From contig JBHGNT010000012.1 of assembly GCA_043228905.1 (NCBI GenBank), forward strand, positions 19,902,001 through 19,966,000: a stretch of 64,000 nt of DNA, given 5' to 3'. The first letter of the stretch is position 1; every line of letters starts with the position of its first letter. The notes beneath the pieces were generated by a model. The model made no database searches. It saw only the letters and a program-made list of their open reading frames with translations, and was not told the DNA's origin. Origin of the DNA: Azolla caroliniana. Lineage: Eukaryota > Plantae > Polypodiophyta. The translations under genes were made by a program, and so were the position numbers. This document shows positions 1-12,334 of the stretch, in pieces.

Positions 1-1844
1 GGCTCGAATTTACCGTGCCGAAGACGCCGGAACTAAACGGGCTGGCCGAGAGGATGAACCGGACCATAATGGAGAGGGTCCGGAGTATGCTGGCGCATGC
101 AAAACTACCCAAGAAGTTTTGGGCTGATGCACTGTCGACAGCGACATATGTGATAAACAGATCACCCTCAGTACCCTTGGACGGAGACACGCCATAGAGA
201 GTCTAGACCGGTAAGGAAGTGTCCTACCGGCATCTAAAGGTATTCGGGTGTCTCGCGTACGTGCATGTAGCTAAGGACCGGAGAGGAAAGTTAGATCCAA
301 AGACCCGGCCATGCATATTCCTCAGTTATGGTGACGATGAGTTCGGATACCGAGTGTGGGACCTGGTCGACAATAAGGTATTCCAGAGTCGAGATATTAT
401 CTTCATGGAGGACAAGACGCTCGTCGACTGGGAGTCGGAGAAGAAGATAATGAACTCCGAGTCGACCGGTAAGGATCGACTCTACAATGAACAGACCCAA
501 CCGGTAAGAGACCGGTTAGCACTCGAGGAGCCAACCGGTTACGGTGAGGATATCGAACCGGCAGAAGAAGAAGTAGAGGAAGCTGAAACCGGAACCGGCC
601 AAGAGCCCGAATCAGATTCGGATGAAGAGCAAATAGAGGAGCCGGTTACCGAAGCCCAGAGACGGAGATATCCTCTAAGAGAGAGAAGGGCCCCCCGGAG
701 ATTTCCGGATGCAGAGCATGTGCTGCTAACCGATGAGGGGGAGCTAGAAAGCTTCGAAGAAGCGAAGGATGACACCCACAACCGCAAATGGTTAAGTGCC
801 ATGCAGGATGAGATGGATTCCCTGCATGAGAACCATACGTACGAACTGGTGGAGTTGCCGAAAGGAAAGAGGGCACTCCGAAACAAGTGGGTGTACAAGT
901 TTGAAACCGGGAGATGCCGGCAACCCCCCGAGATACAAAGCAAGGATCGTGGTGAAGGGGTTTCAGCAGAAGAAGGGCGTGGACTTCGACGAGATATTTG
1001 CCCCGATAGTAAAGATGACCTCCATCCGGACGGTGCTGAGTATAGCGGCAAGCATGGACCTCGAGGTAGAGCAGCTAGACATGATAACGACATTCCTTCA
1101 CGGTGACCTCGAAGAGGAGATCTACATGTAGCAACCGGAAGGATTCGTGGAGAAAGGGAAGGAGCACCTGGTTTGCCGATTGAAGAAGAGCCTCTACGGG
1201 TTGAAGCAGGCCCCCCGGAAATGGTACCGGAAGTTCGACTCCTTCATGACCGATCAAGGGTACCACAAGACGCAGGCCGATCACTGCGTGTTTGTGAAGA
1301 AGTTAGAAGGAGGCGACTTCCTGATACTCCTTCTATACGTGGACGACATGTTGATCGTCGGACGGGACCAAGTCAAAATACAGATGTTGAAGAAGGCCCT
1401 CAACCGGACCTTCTCAATGAAAGACTTGGGTCCGGCAAGACAGATGCTGGGGATGCATATTATCCGGAACCGGTCAGCGAAGCAATTATGGTTGTCACAG
1501 GAGAAGTACGTGACAAAGGTGCTTCACCGGTTCAACATGTCAGATGCGAAACCGGTCGGATCGACACTTCCGGCAAACTGCAGGTTATCCGGTAAGCAAA
1601 GCCCGAAGACGAAAGCAGAGAAGGTGGATATGATGAAGATTTCATATGCCTCTGCTGTCGGGAGCTTAATGTACGCAATGGTTTGTACCCGACCGGATAT
1701 AGGATACGCAATCGGAGCGGTGAGCCGGTTTATGAGCAATCCCGGCAAGGAGCATTGGAACGCGGTCAAATGGATACTCCGGTACTTGAAGGACACTTCA
1801 AATATGTGTCTCCGATTCGGCTCCGGAAAACCTCAACTTGACGG

Positions 1845-2549
1845 TGTCGTGCCCTTCGGCTCCGGATCGTTGCGTGAGTCGGGTGGGAACCGCCGAGGTT
1901 TTTGACTAGGAGGAAGAGGAATACAACTTAAGGCTAGTTATGAATAGTGGAAAGAGAAGTAAGATAGCAATCTCGTGAATCTCACGAGTTTAGTGTAATT
2001 AAAACAATATTTAGATTATAAGAGCAATTAGATGGCAAAATTCGTGAATCCCACGAATATATTAGATTGATCAAAAACTTGTATATTAATCAACAACCAT
2101 ATACATATTTTTCTCCTCCTTATATAAAGATGGAAGAGGCTAAGCATGGCTTCATGCTTTTTCACCTAAAGTGCCCATGCACACTAAATGTGCATGTGAT
2201 GCTTTGTCATTTCCTAAATATAGGGCTCATACACGCTAGATGTGCATGAGTCACTTTTAATGTCACGTGTAAATAAAATATTCACACTCTAAAGAATACA
2301 TGATTTTTACCTTTTAATAAAGGTATGTGTAAATAAAGGTCTTATACGTATTAAATCTATATTTATAACACTAAAGATAAATTATTACAATGGTAAAGTT
2401 GGGGTTTATCTACGTGGAGGTGCATGGTTTGAATCTTGCCCTATGCACGTGATAAATTCTTTTGATATATTATTTATTTATTTATATGTATCTAAAATCG
2501 GATATATTATTTTATGGTTTTCACGTAGTGTGTGGAATACACTACGACA
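1845..2549. mobile_element. 705-bp solo-LTR-like insertion in the RT/RNase H junction of copia A
   Basis: Ends TGTCGT...ACGACA, with ACGG on both sides (1841-1844, 2550-2553). Removing the insert restores the frame PQLDGYTDSD. The interior is AT-rich and non-coding. Confidence 0.85.
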
Positions 2550-3032
2550 ACGGTTACACCGATTCCGACATGTCGGCTGATGTGGATACCAGCCGGTCTA
2601 CATCCGGGTACGTAATGACATATGCAGGGGGAGCTGTTTCGTGGCAGTCAAGGCTGCAAAAGACGGTTGCATTGTCAACCACGGAGTCGGAGTACATGGC
2701 GGCTGTGGAAGCCGACAAGGAAATATTATGGATGAAGGACTTCATCGGAGAGCTCGGTATCCGGCAAGATGAATACCGACTCTATTGCGACAGTCAAAGT
2801 GCCATCCACCTTGCTAAGAATGCGGCCTACCATTCCCGGACGAAGCATATCCAGCGAAGGTATCACTGGATCCGGGAAAGAGTAAATGACCAGGAGTTCG
2901 CACTGATGAAGATCCACACGGCCGAGAACGGGTCAGATATGCTGACCAAAGCGCTGATACCCGACAAGCTGGAGGCATGCCGGAAGAGAATCGGACTAGT
3001 AAGACACCCCATGCCGGAGTGAAGGGGGAGTT

Positions 3033-3821
3033 TGTTGGGAGACAGGTCCCTCCGAATGGAAAGGGAGAAGAACAATGCCGATGAAGAGGAGTACCCGGCT
3101 ACGGAGAGCCGGATGGTGCAGACCCGGTGAGAACCGGATGAGGAGTACCCGGCTACGGAGAGTCAGATGGTACAGACCCGGTGAGAACCGGATGAGGAGT
3201 ACCCGGCTACGGAGAACCGGATGGTACAAACCCGGTGAGAACCGGATGAGGAGTACCCGACTACGGAGGACCGGATGGTGCAGACCCGGTGAGAACCGGA
3301 TGAGGAGTACCCGGCTACGGAGAGCCGGGTGGTGAAGACCCGGTGAGGAGTGCTCTCTGGATGAAGAGACATATTCGTAAATATGTCTCTGAGAGTCCAT
3401 CGTGGCTATATTTGTAAATAGCCGAAAAGTCATATTAGTATAAATATGACTTAGGGCAAACCCTTTTTTGTGTGTGGTTGTCATTGTTGTTGGTGCAAGG
3501 AGAGAGAGAGAGCGCGTAACTGTGTACAGAGAGAGAGAGAGAGAAAGAAAGAGGTCGTTGCCTCTGTTGTAACCGCCGCTTGTGGCGAGGATCGTGAGCA
3601 CGAGGTCGTTGCCTCCGTGAACTCACTGTTGTACATTCTAACATAGTGATAGTTTGCAGCCTGTGGGCTGCCGTGGTTTTTCCCTTAGTTTGGGTTTTCC
3701 ACGTAAACATCCTGCGTACTCGTCTCTTCTTCGTGTCATTCATTAATTCCCGTTTTCTGTGTACGATTCTAAGCTCGGTTGTGGCAAAGTGTTGCGTATA
3801 GGGAGCGTGCAGTTCCCGACA
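3033..3821 (+). repeat. 3' LTR of copia A
   Basis: Starts TGTTGGG two nt after the PPT and ends CCCGACA. TATA-like TATAAAT near 3438. Copia B coding sequence resumes at 3822. Confidence 0.85.
3087..3346 (+). repeat. 54-bp tandem array (~4.8 copies) in the LTR U3 region
   Basis: AGGAGTACCCG recurs at 3087, 3141, 3195, 3249 and 3303. Confidence 0.95.
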
Positions 3822-6800
3822 ACTTTCACCTCTAATGACCAGATCAACCACATATAGGATGATGACAATTAGGCTTCTAGAACCGTGTCATACGTAGAGG
3901 GAGTTGTCGGATTTCGACATTCGAAAGCCGATTTGATGAAGATAGTGCGTAATCTTCAAATGCCAAGCACGGGGTGCTTGCTTAAGGCCGTAGAGTGGCT
4001 TCTTGAGTCGGCACATGGCTTTCGGATGAATGCGCGATTCGAAGCCAAGAGGTTGTACCATGTACACCTCTTCTAATTTGCCTTGGAGGAAAGCGTTCTT
4101 GACGTCCATCTAGTGGAGGTGCCACCCTTTCGCCGCTGCAAGTGCAATTACGGTCTGCACCGTCGTCATCTTTGCCACCAGGGCAAAGGTTTCTTTATAG
4201 TCGACTCCGTGTATTTGTGCGTATCCTTTTGCTACAGGTCGAGCTTTGTAACAGTTTATGGAGCCGTCAACATTATACTTCACCTTGTAGATCCATCTGT
4301 AGCCAATTGCCTTCTTGTGTGGTGAGTGGGGAACTAGATCCCATGTGTCGTTCTTGCGTAATGCACGCATCTCCTCATTCATTGCTTCGATCCATCGCGG
4401 GTCCTTCGCGGCTTTAGAAAAGGTTTTTGGCTCCCATACTATTGCCACCTTCATCATAAATGCGTAATGGTACGCCATGTACTCATCATAGCCGAATCGG
4501 CTTACGAGGTTCTTTTCACGGGTGGATCGGCGGAGCTTCTCGTTTGCGGACTCTAAGGCTTTCTCCAGTCCATTTGTCCAGATGTTAAACCCTTCGAACT
4601 CACTATCGAGGGAGTGAGTTGATTCGATGCCGTCGAAATGATCGTCTTCATACTCCGGCATTTTGGCCTTCCCTTTGTCTAGCTTTGGAATCGGTCGAGA
4701 TGTGCTTTGATCGCTCGGAAGCTCTTGTGGTCCGCTCAGTCGGGTCGTGATCGGACTTTCTTCGAACATGTGTGTAAGCCGATCTTCGGCTTCTATCTCT
4801 ATTTCGGCGGAATCCGGATCGAGCAGAATTGAAGTCGAAGTTGTCTTTGGTGCATACCAAGATGCGAACTCGTCGAAAGTGATGTCTCGACTTACTCGAG
4901 ATTTTCGAGTTGAGGGGTTATAGCACTTGTACCCCTTTTGCTCCAGTGAGTATCCTATGAGGATACATTTCTTCGACTTTGGGTCGAGCTTTTGTCGCTT
5001 TCGTCGGGGATGTGCACATACACAATGAAGCCGAATATCTGAACATGTGATAGATCCAGCTTCTTTCCGAAAAACTTCTTGTGCGGCGTGAGTTCATGCA
5101 CGCCGGATGTCGTACACTAATTCATGACGGTCATGTTAGCTGCTTTTCGTTAAGCATAGCTCGTGCCACTTCTGAGGATGTGTCGATTCTTGTGTTCAGC
5201 TACTCCGTTCTGTTGTGGCGTATGTCGACACGAAAATTCTCGTCGAATCCCTTCTTTTCGAAAATACCCCGTAAACTCATCCAAGAAATATTCTTTGCCT
5301 CCATCCGATCGAAGGCACCGTACGTATCGACTCGTCGCTTTTTCGACTCCACTCTTGAATTTTTGGAAGTGTTCGAACACTTCGCTCTTTTGCCGCATCG
5401 GGTAGATCCAAGTGTGCCTAGAAAAGTCGTCGATAAAGGTCACGTAGTATCAACATCCGCCGAATGTCTCCGTTTGAGCTGGTCCCCATACATCGGAATG
5501 ATTTACGTCGAGTACGGCTTTGCTTACATTCCTCTCCTTTGGAAATGGATGCCGATGTTGCTTGCCGAATTGGCAACCCGCACATACGCCTTCAATCTCT
5601 CTCTCTTTGAAGGTCGGGAGTCCAATGACGACTCCTTTCGATTGCATTGCCTTGAGCTTTTGAAGGTTGATATGGCCAATCCACTTGTGTCATAACTCTA
5701 TGTCGGACTCGGCTTTCGTGCCTTTTGCGAACATGACGGATTTCATCTCGTGCGAGTCGAGAATGAACATTCGACCCTCCCTCCATCCGCGCATGATGAG
5801 TCAGCCCTCTTTTTCGATGAAGCAACCACCTTGATTAAATCAAACTTGCATTCCTTGCTCTACAATTTGGCTGATGGAGACCAAATTCTTCGTAATGGTT
5901 GGTACATGCAAGACATTTTTAATGTAATTTTGCTTACCTTCTTTTTCGAATGGAACATTGCCGATGTGTCGAATCGGATGCATAGTGTCATCTCCGGTTT
6001 CGACATAGTCGGGTCAGTCCGGCTCTCGAAGTTCTCGGAACCATTCTTGATGCGACGTCATATGGTTCTAGGCATCGGAATCGACGAACCATACGTCTTC
6101 CGGATTGGAGGCACTAGTAGAAGTAGAGGCCGACATAGAATTCGCTCTATGTCTCATTACGAATAATCCACCGTAGTCGTCGTACTCGGAGTCGGCGGCG
6201 TAATTGGTGAGTTGTCAACTAGTGGAAGCCGACTCACACATCTTCTTTTGACACTCTTCTTCGCGGTGGCCGATTTTGCCGCAATATCTGCATTCGATTG
6301 AGGTTTGTCGGCTTGAACCGGAATGGTGGCTCCCCCTTTCTTCTGAAGGTTCCTTGATGACCTCCATCTTGTTGCCGTAATTGAGAGTTGTTTTCGTAAA
6401 TCGGGCCTCGTCTGCCTCGTCCTTCGCCGAATCGGCCTCTTCTTACACGGTCGCGTCCTCTTCCTCCGTCTAAATGCGTGTAGAGCATGTGGCCTTCCGA
6501 GGCGTTGCTCCTTGTTCGAACATGATTCTCTTCGACCAACAACATGGATTGAAGATCAAAGAAGGAGGGCAGATTCTCCCGTGCTAGTACGACGGTCCGC
6601 ATCGTGCCGAACCGTGGTGCAAGGCCGCTGAGTCATATTTGCACCATTTCGTCATCCTCCACATTGACGCTTATCGAGCCGAGTGCATCACAAAGCTCCT
6701 TGATCTTCAAGGTGTAGCTTGTAATGGACATATCCTGTTGTTGGATGTTGTTCAAATTTTGGCGGAGTTGAAGCTTTCTCGCGGTCGTGTTGGCGGTGAA

Positions 6801-7687
6801 AATCTTTCGTAGATTCTCCCACGCTTCCTTCGGCGTCTCGGCTTCTCGAATGTAGCCGAGCATGTGGTCGTGAACACATGTCACCAAGCAATATATCACT
6901 CGTCTTGCCACTTGCTCCCAAGTTGCATAATCAACGTCTTTCGGGTCAAGTCAGTTTTCTTGTGCTCCCTTGATGTAACTCCAATTGCCTTGGCCGACAA
7001 GGTATTGATGCATCTTGTACTCCCAAGATGCAAAGTTATTGCGATCCAACTTCTCGCTAGGGAGAGCTCTCCCCATTTGAGTGTTCATTGTCGATTAAGC
7101 TTCCTTTCTTCTTTTCCTTCTCTCTCGAACACAAGCTATGTAGTGGTACTACAATAGCGATGAGTCGGTTCTTCTTGAACGTCGGTGTAGAGCACAACAC
7201 ATGATCACGATGAGGCGAGTGGGCTAGATCGAGCTACCAAATCGCTCTAATACCATGCAAAGAATCGGGTATGATTCTTGTGTAGCGGAAGAGATGTGTG
7301 TTATGTGTATGTGTGAGAGGAATTAGAGGAGAGATGAGAGAACACAAGATAGGTAGAAAAAGGAATACTCAAGAAGAAGGTGTATATTTCACAAGTAGAA
7401 TAAGCATTACAAAATGTAGCATAATAAGGAGTCACAACCGACTTAGTATGAAGTATGAGGAGGGTGCTTTATATAGAGTCACCCTCTCTCTTCATTAACT
7501 TAGAACAACCAGTCTCTCTCTTGGGGAATGTGAAGACTCATAGTCATGGGGAATATGTAACTCATTAGTTATGTGTCATAGAATATGATTCTATGACACA
7601 TAGTTAATGTGTGGAGAGTAGTGGTTAATGTGTAGAGAGTTAATGTAGAGTATGGGAGTAGTTAATGTGTAGAGAGTTAATGTTGCA
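3822..7687 (-). mobile_element. Ty1/copia LTR retrotransposon B, 5' part: LTR-PBS-gag-protease-integrase-RT; degenerate, interrupted by copia A
   Basis: LTR 7256-7687 has TGCAA...TTGCA ends. PBS TGGTATTAGAGC (tRNAiMet-type) at 7255-7244. Gag starts near 7088. Integrase HSDVWGP, TFIDDFSR, TPQQNGVAE; [21 protein letters not shown] and a degenerate YVVDL near 3850. Confidence 0.93.
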
Positions 7688-8800
7688 ACCTTATTCACCA
7701 ATTCTTCTAATTCATCAATACATAAGCCAAAGAGTGTGGGAGATAGTGGACATCCTTGCTTGACCCCCATGTTACTTAAAAAGTGCTTTGAGAATCCACT
7801 ATCCATTTTTAGTTGACATTTAACTTGTTCATATAGGCGTGTATCAGCTACTCTGTACTCTAATGGCACGTCAATCTCTACCATTCTATTCCAAAGCTCA
7901 CTTTGTGGTACGGTATCAAAAGCTTTCTTGAAATCAACAAAACAACAGTAAAGTGTTTTTCTTTGTAGTCAATTGTCTTCCATGATTACTCTCAATGTGA
8001 TCAAAGGATCCACAATGGAGTGTTTTGGTCTAAATCTTGCTTGCCCAAGTACTCTTTTATTGAAACATTCAACCCATGTGCTTATCTTTTGCTCCATAAT
8101 AGCTATATAATTTAGCAATAGTTGAGCTCACCATTATTGTATGATAATTTGACACTTGATTCTTATCTCTAACTTTAAATATTGGTTTAATCCAATTCAT
8201 ACGCCAATAATTTGGATAACCTTGTTTTATAGCTTGCTCTATAATTGTCAATATCCAATGACAAGTATGTGGCCTTGTTCATTTTAAAAGCTCACTTGAT
8301 ACATAGGTTACATCTGTTGCTTTCCACACACCATCTTCTTTATTCCGTTATTGACATCATCAATATCGATACATGTATTGCATAGTGTTTCAATGTTCTC
8401 AACCATAGGAGCCACACCTTTATGCATATAAAGTCTTTCTACATATTCTAGCATCTCTTCATTTGTAAAGTGACTATTCACATCTTCTTTCTTACCCCCC
8501 ATGCTAATTTTGGTTTGAGCTTAAAAAAGTTTTTCTTTTTCATCTCTTGCATTTGGAAATATCTTCTTTTCTTTCTCCTCACTGTCTTCTTATATAAGTG
8601 CCATGCAACAATCCTTTCATTTTCCCCTTCTATAAACTTAAACTATTTGAGATACATCTTACATTCATCATCGGACCAAGAATTACATGGAACACTAGAC
8701 ATCTTATGCCCACCAACATGCCTCTTAGAAGTATTGATATCCGACCTTAAGGATGATATCCTTCAAATGTTGTCAATTCTCTTTAACATTGTTGCTTAGA
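7688..8800 (-). mobile_element. LINE (non-LTR retrotransposon) ORF2 relic, interrupted by copia B
   Basis: RT motifs IKPIFK..DK..SNY.TIMV, CCFVDFKKAFDTVP and GVKQGCPLSPTLFGLCID, with stops and frameshifts. The right-hand boundary is approximate. Confidence 0.85.
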
Positions 8801-9017
8801 GAAAATTGTAGCAAATGGTTCTCCACTTCATTTGCATATATCTTAGCTTTTTCGTAGCAAGGTCGAATGATACATCTCTTTTCCTCTTTCAGTCCATGAC
8901 ATCTATTGATGAAATGTGGAATTGCAAGCTATACGTACAATATTATGGCTTATGGTCTGCGTTTGGAGTTAGAGAACCAACTTTAAACACATTCACCAAG
9001 GATAGATCACATACCGG

Positions 9018-9085
<68 letters not shown>

Positions 9086-9090
9086 GATGC

Positions 9091-9597
9091 ACAAATGGTG
9101 TAGCTCAGTCCGTAAGGTTGCCCAATGGAGATCAGGTGGTCATGGGTTCAACCCCCTACATTCCACAATGGCATCTAGTGAAATAAGAGATATCACTCTG
9201 TGGAGTAATAGAGAGGTGAGGAAATTGGGTGGTTTCGAACCCAAGATGTAGTGTAAACAACTTACCGCCATGTCGTAAGCTAATTACGATAAAAGTGAGA
9301 GAGGTATAAAGATTTTACCCTACATATGGATGTAGCTCAATTGGTAAGGTTGCCAAATGGAGACTAGGTGGTCATGGGTTCAACCCCTACATTCCACAGT
9401 GGCATTTAGTGAAATAAGGGATATATCTATGGAGTAAATAGACAAGTGAGAAAATTGGGTTTCGAACCCAAGATGTCGTGCTAATAGTGTAAATGACTTA
9501 CCACTAGGGTAAGCTAATTACAATAAAAACAAAACCCAAGATGTCGTGGTAATAGTGTAAATGACTTACCACTAGGGTAAGCTAATTACGATAAAAA
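9091..9597. repeat. Tandem copies (2 full + 1 partial) of a ~200-bp repeat with two convergent tRNA-like heads
   Basis: Units at ~9091-9294, 9322-9528 and a partial at 9532-9597. Plus strand: TAGCTCAATTGG...GGTTCAACCCC. Minus strand: TAGTGGTAAG...GGGTTCGAAACCC. A third copy lies inverted at 42968-43110. Confidence 0.7.
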
Positions 9598-11792
9598 AAT
9601 ACATATGACATATGGAACCAACAGTGAAACAAATTCATTATGGTATGCGTGGAATTGAGTAGTGAATCTCAATGTTCAAGAATTTTACTAATCAACATTT
9701 TATAAAGAGTGCACCTAATTATTGCAAGAGGAATGTGTAGGGAGTGTACCATATTGAGTCTTGACGATTTATGAGAAGCAAACTTGAATGTGGTCAAATG
9801 CTACACATTGCATCCCAATTTCCAAACCATTTTTTCATAGATTGCATCCATCTAGAACCAAAAAATTGCTTTGGTGTGTATTTTGAATATCTTTACTTGC
9901 TTTCCATGTAATCCTAAGTTGAACTGAGGTTTTTTTAAACCTTAACCATGTATTTGAAGACACTTTCCATGGCCATGATTTCAATGAGAAGTCATTTGGC
10001 CTCAAGTAGTATATGTATGGCATTTTGTGGCTTGACTTGAAAAAATAAAATCGTAACAAAGAGCTTTTGGACATTTCCGCTTTTTTTACCATCTAATGTT
10101 GCAAGATGAAGTTTACTTAATCAAGCATTGGATAATGGGTTTGACTTTTGTGTTTACTTTTTTATTTTAGCATGAGATCATGCACTCTAGTAGTAAGAAT
10201 GTCATTTTTTTGAGTATGAGATTGTAACATTTATTCAAATTGAAAACAATACCATTATTGAATCAAAGTCAATGCTAATAAAATACTTGTGTAAACTTAA
10301 AATCAATGCTATTAAAATATTTGGACAAACCTTTAACTAACCACAATGGTGATGGGCTTCATCATGTTCTAATCTTGGTGAAACACTACTCGCATATTTT
10401 GGCATTTGACATTGGGATTGGACAAAATGCTCACCTATAAAGAAGTTAGAATGAAGAACACTCTCATGTAACAAAGATGGATTTCGAACGTTTTATTGCT
10501 AAGCACATGTTGCATTAACAATCTTTATAGGCTCAAAATGTACTTTTCACTTGAGCTATTACAAAGATGGTTCTTGATCTCATATTGTGAAACAATCCTT
10601 GTCAATTTCATAACAAACAATGTATCATGATCAGTTGCTACATTCACATTGCTAAAAGAAATCAATCTAATTCTAAAATGAACAAATAAAGTGAGATGCA
10701 ATTAAAACTCATTAAACAATAGGATTTGTTTCCTTTTCTAAATTCAAATGATTATTTATATTGGTTTTGATCATGAATCAAGATTTTTTTCATAATATAT
10801 AACAATTTGACTTTCAAAGTGTCTTCAACAAGAGGTTGTCCAGTGCTTCCAGCAATGGTTTTTTGCAAGTCAACATTCATCTTCTTATGCCAATATTGAA
10901 GAATATCACCCATTTGGAGCAAAGTTGTGCCATTGACTTTTAAGCATATTCCTCTACCTTATAATGACTTAGGCCCAAAGAGAGTACATTGGGAGGAAAG
11001 TTTGATGTGAAGACTTTTGAGTAGGATAAGTGTAAGTCAACTTAGGGAAAGAACTAGGCATGCACTAAATAAAAAAAATGAGATTAATAATTTGATTCAT
11101 CAAGAGGTTTCAGCAAGAACTCATCAAGCACAATAGTACAATTGAGATCAAGCCTCTAATGGGCGAAGGATAGGTGAATATAACCAATCTTGCTTTCTCT
11201 CTTTTCAATAAATGATACGTAAGGACTCTAAAACAACCATGAAAACATACACTATTGTAACTTACGATGATCTTCTTTGACATATATGACCATTTAATCT
11301 TCTAGCTTTGTTTTAACACCACTAAGGAAATATATTGTTTCCGTCATTAGTAGTTCAATATGCACATGCATTATACATCGTTTTTTAATGAAAAACTTGC
11401 ATTCTGAATTAGGACACCAAACACATGCATATGCTCATGATTCCATGATACATGCTGAAGGATTTACCAAAACATAATTTGATGAATTCTATCTTTCTAT
11501 TGTGTGAACAAATTTCCAATGTTATTTGGATGCATGCTCATACTACCACACCTACATGCACATACAGCTTGTGGGTGCACTTGCTTAGAAAAAACTGCTA
11601 GGAAAAGGAATGAAAGCAGTTTTACAAACTATACATCGATAACCCAATTACAAATTACACTAGACAACACCTCATAAACATCCAAGGAAATCAACATTCA
11701 CACAACTTACCCAATCCAAACATGTCAAGTGAGGCAACAAAAAATAAACATCCTATTACTATTATCTCATTGTTTCATCTTTAATTATCTCA

Positions 11793-11826
<34 letters not shown>

Positions 11827-12334
11827 TATCTCATTGTTTCATCTTTAGAACAAGCTTTATTGCAAAACCTACTTATTTCCAAAAGTACAAGCCTTTATAT
11901 TAGTTTAATATCACAAATGATAGAGCGCCTTTTTTAAAAGACTTCCATTGGGAGTATCAATATACAAATTTACAATCAATGTATGGAATATTTTTGTTCA
12001 CAATTGCAAACTTGATTATCTAGTAAGTAATGAATGACACATTTGAGATTTGCAATGGAAGAAAACTAGTATACAAACATGCGATGAACTATTTAAGTAA
12101 AATGTACCTAAGGAAAGAGGGGGTCTAATTTTTTCGTGATAGATATTGTTGCTGGACCATCTATTGCCATTAGAATTCATACTACGTTGTTTATCAGCCA
12201 ATCCAGTTTATGGTTTCCATAATCATTTTTGGGGGACACAACAAACCCAATCTTGTCCCTTTGGACAATGTCATCATTTCACAGTTGAATTTTATAAGTG
12301 CCACACCCTTGTTGGCTATTCAGGCCCCTTTGGT

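Larger units (their letters stand above)
1..3821 (+). mobile_element. Ty1/copia LTR retrotransposon A (Tnt1/Tork-like), 3' part: integrase-RT-RNase H, polypurine tract (PPT) and 3' LTR; degenerate
   Basis: Integrase NGLAERMNRT...GCLAYVHV; [10 protein letters not shown] and LLLYVDDMLI; RNase H GYTDSD...ALSTTESEY...HSRTKHI, stop at 3022. In-frame stops at 195-197 and 1129-1131 and a frameshift near 900. PPT GAAGGGGGAG at 3021-3030. Confidence 0.95.

Noticed and set aside
3087-3346. CRISPR-like regular repeats
   Set aside because: The whole 54-bp unit repeats with no unique spacers, it lies in a plant LTR, and there are no cas genes.
9328-9398. Functional tRNA gene
   Set aside because: A/B boxes are present but the D and anticodon stems do not pair convincingly, and it is part of a dispersed repeat.
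9600-11100. Possible DNA transposase relic
   Set aside because: No motif could be recognised with confidence in any frame.
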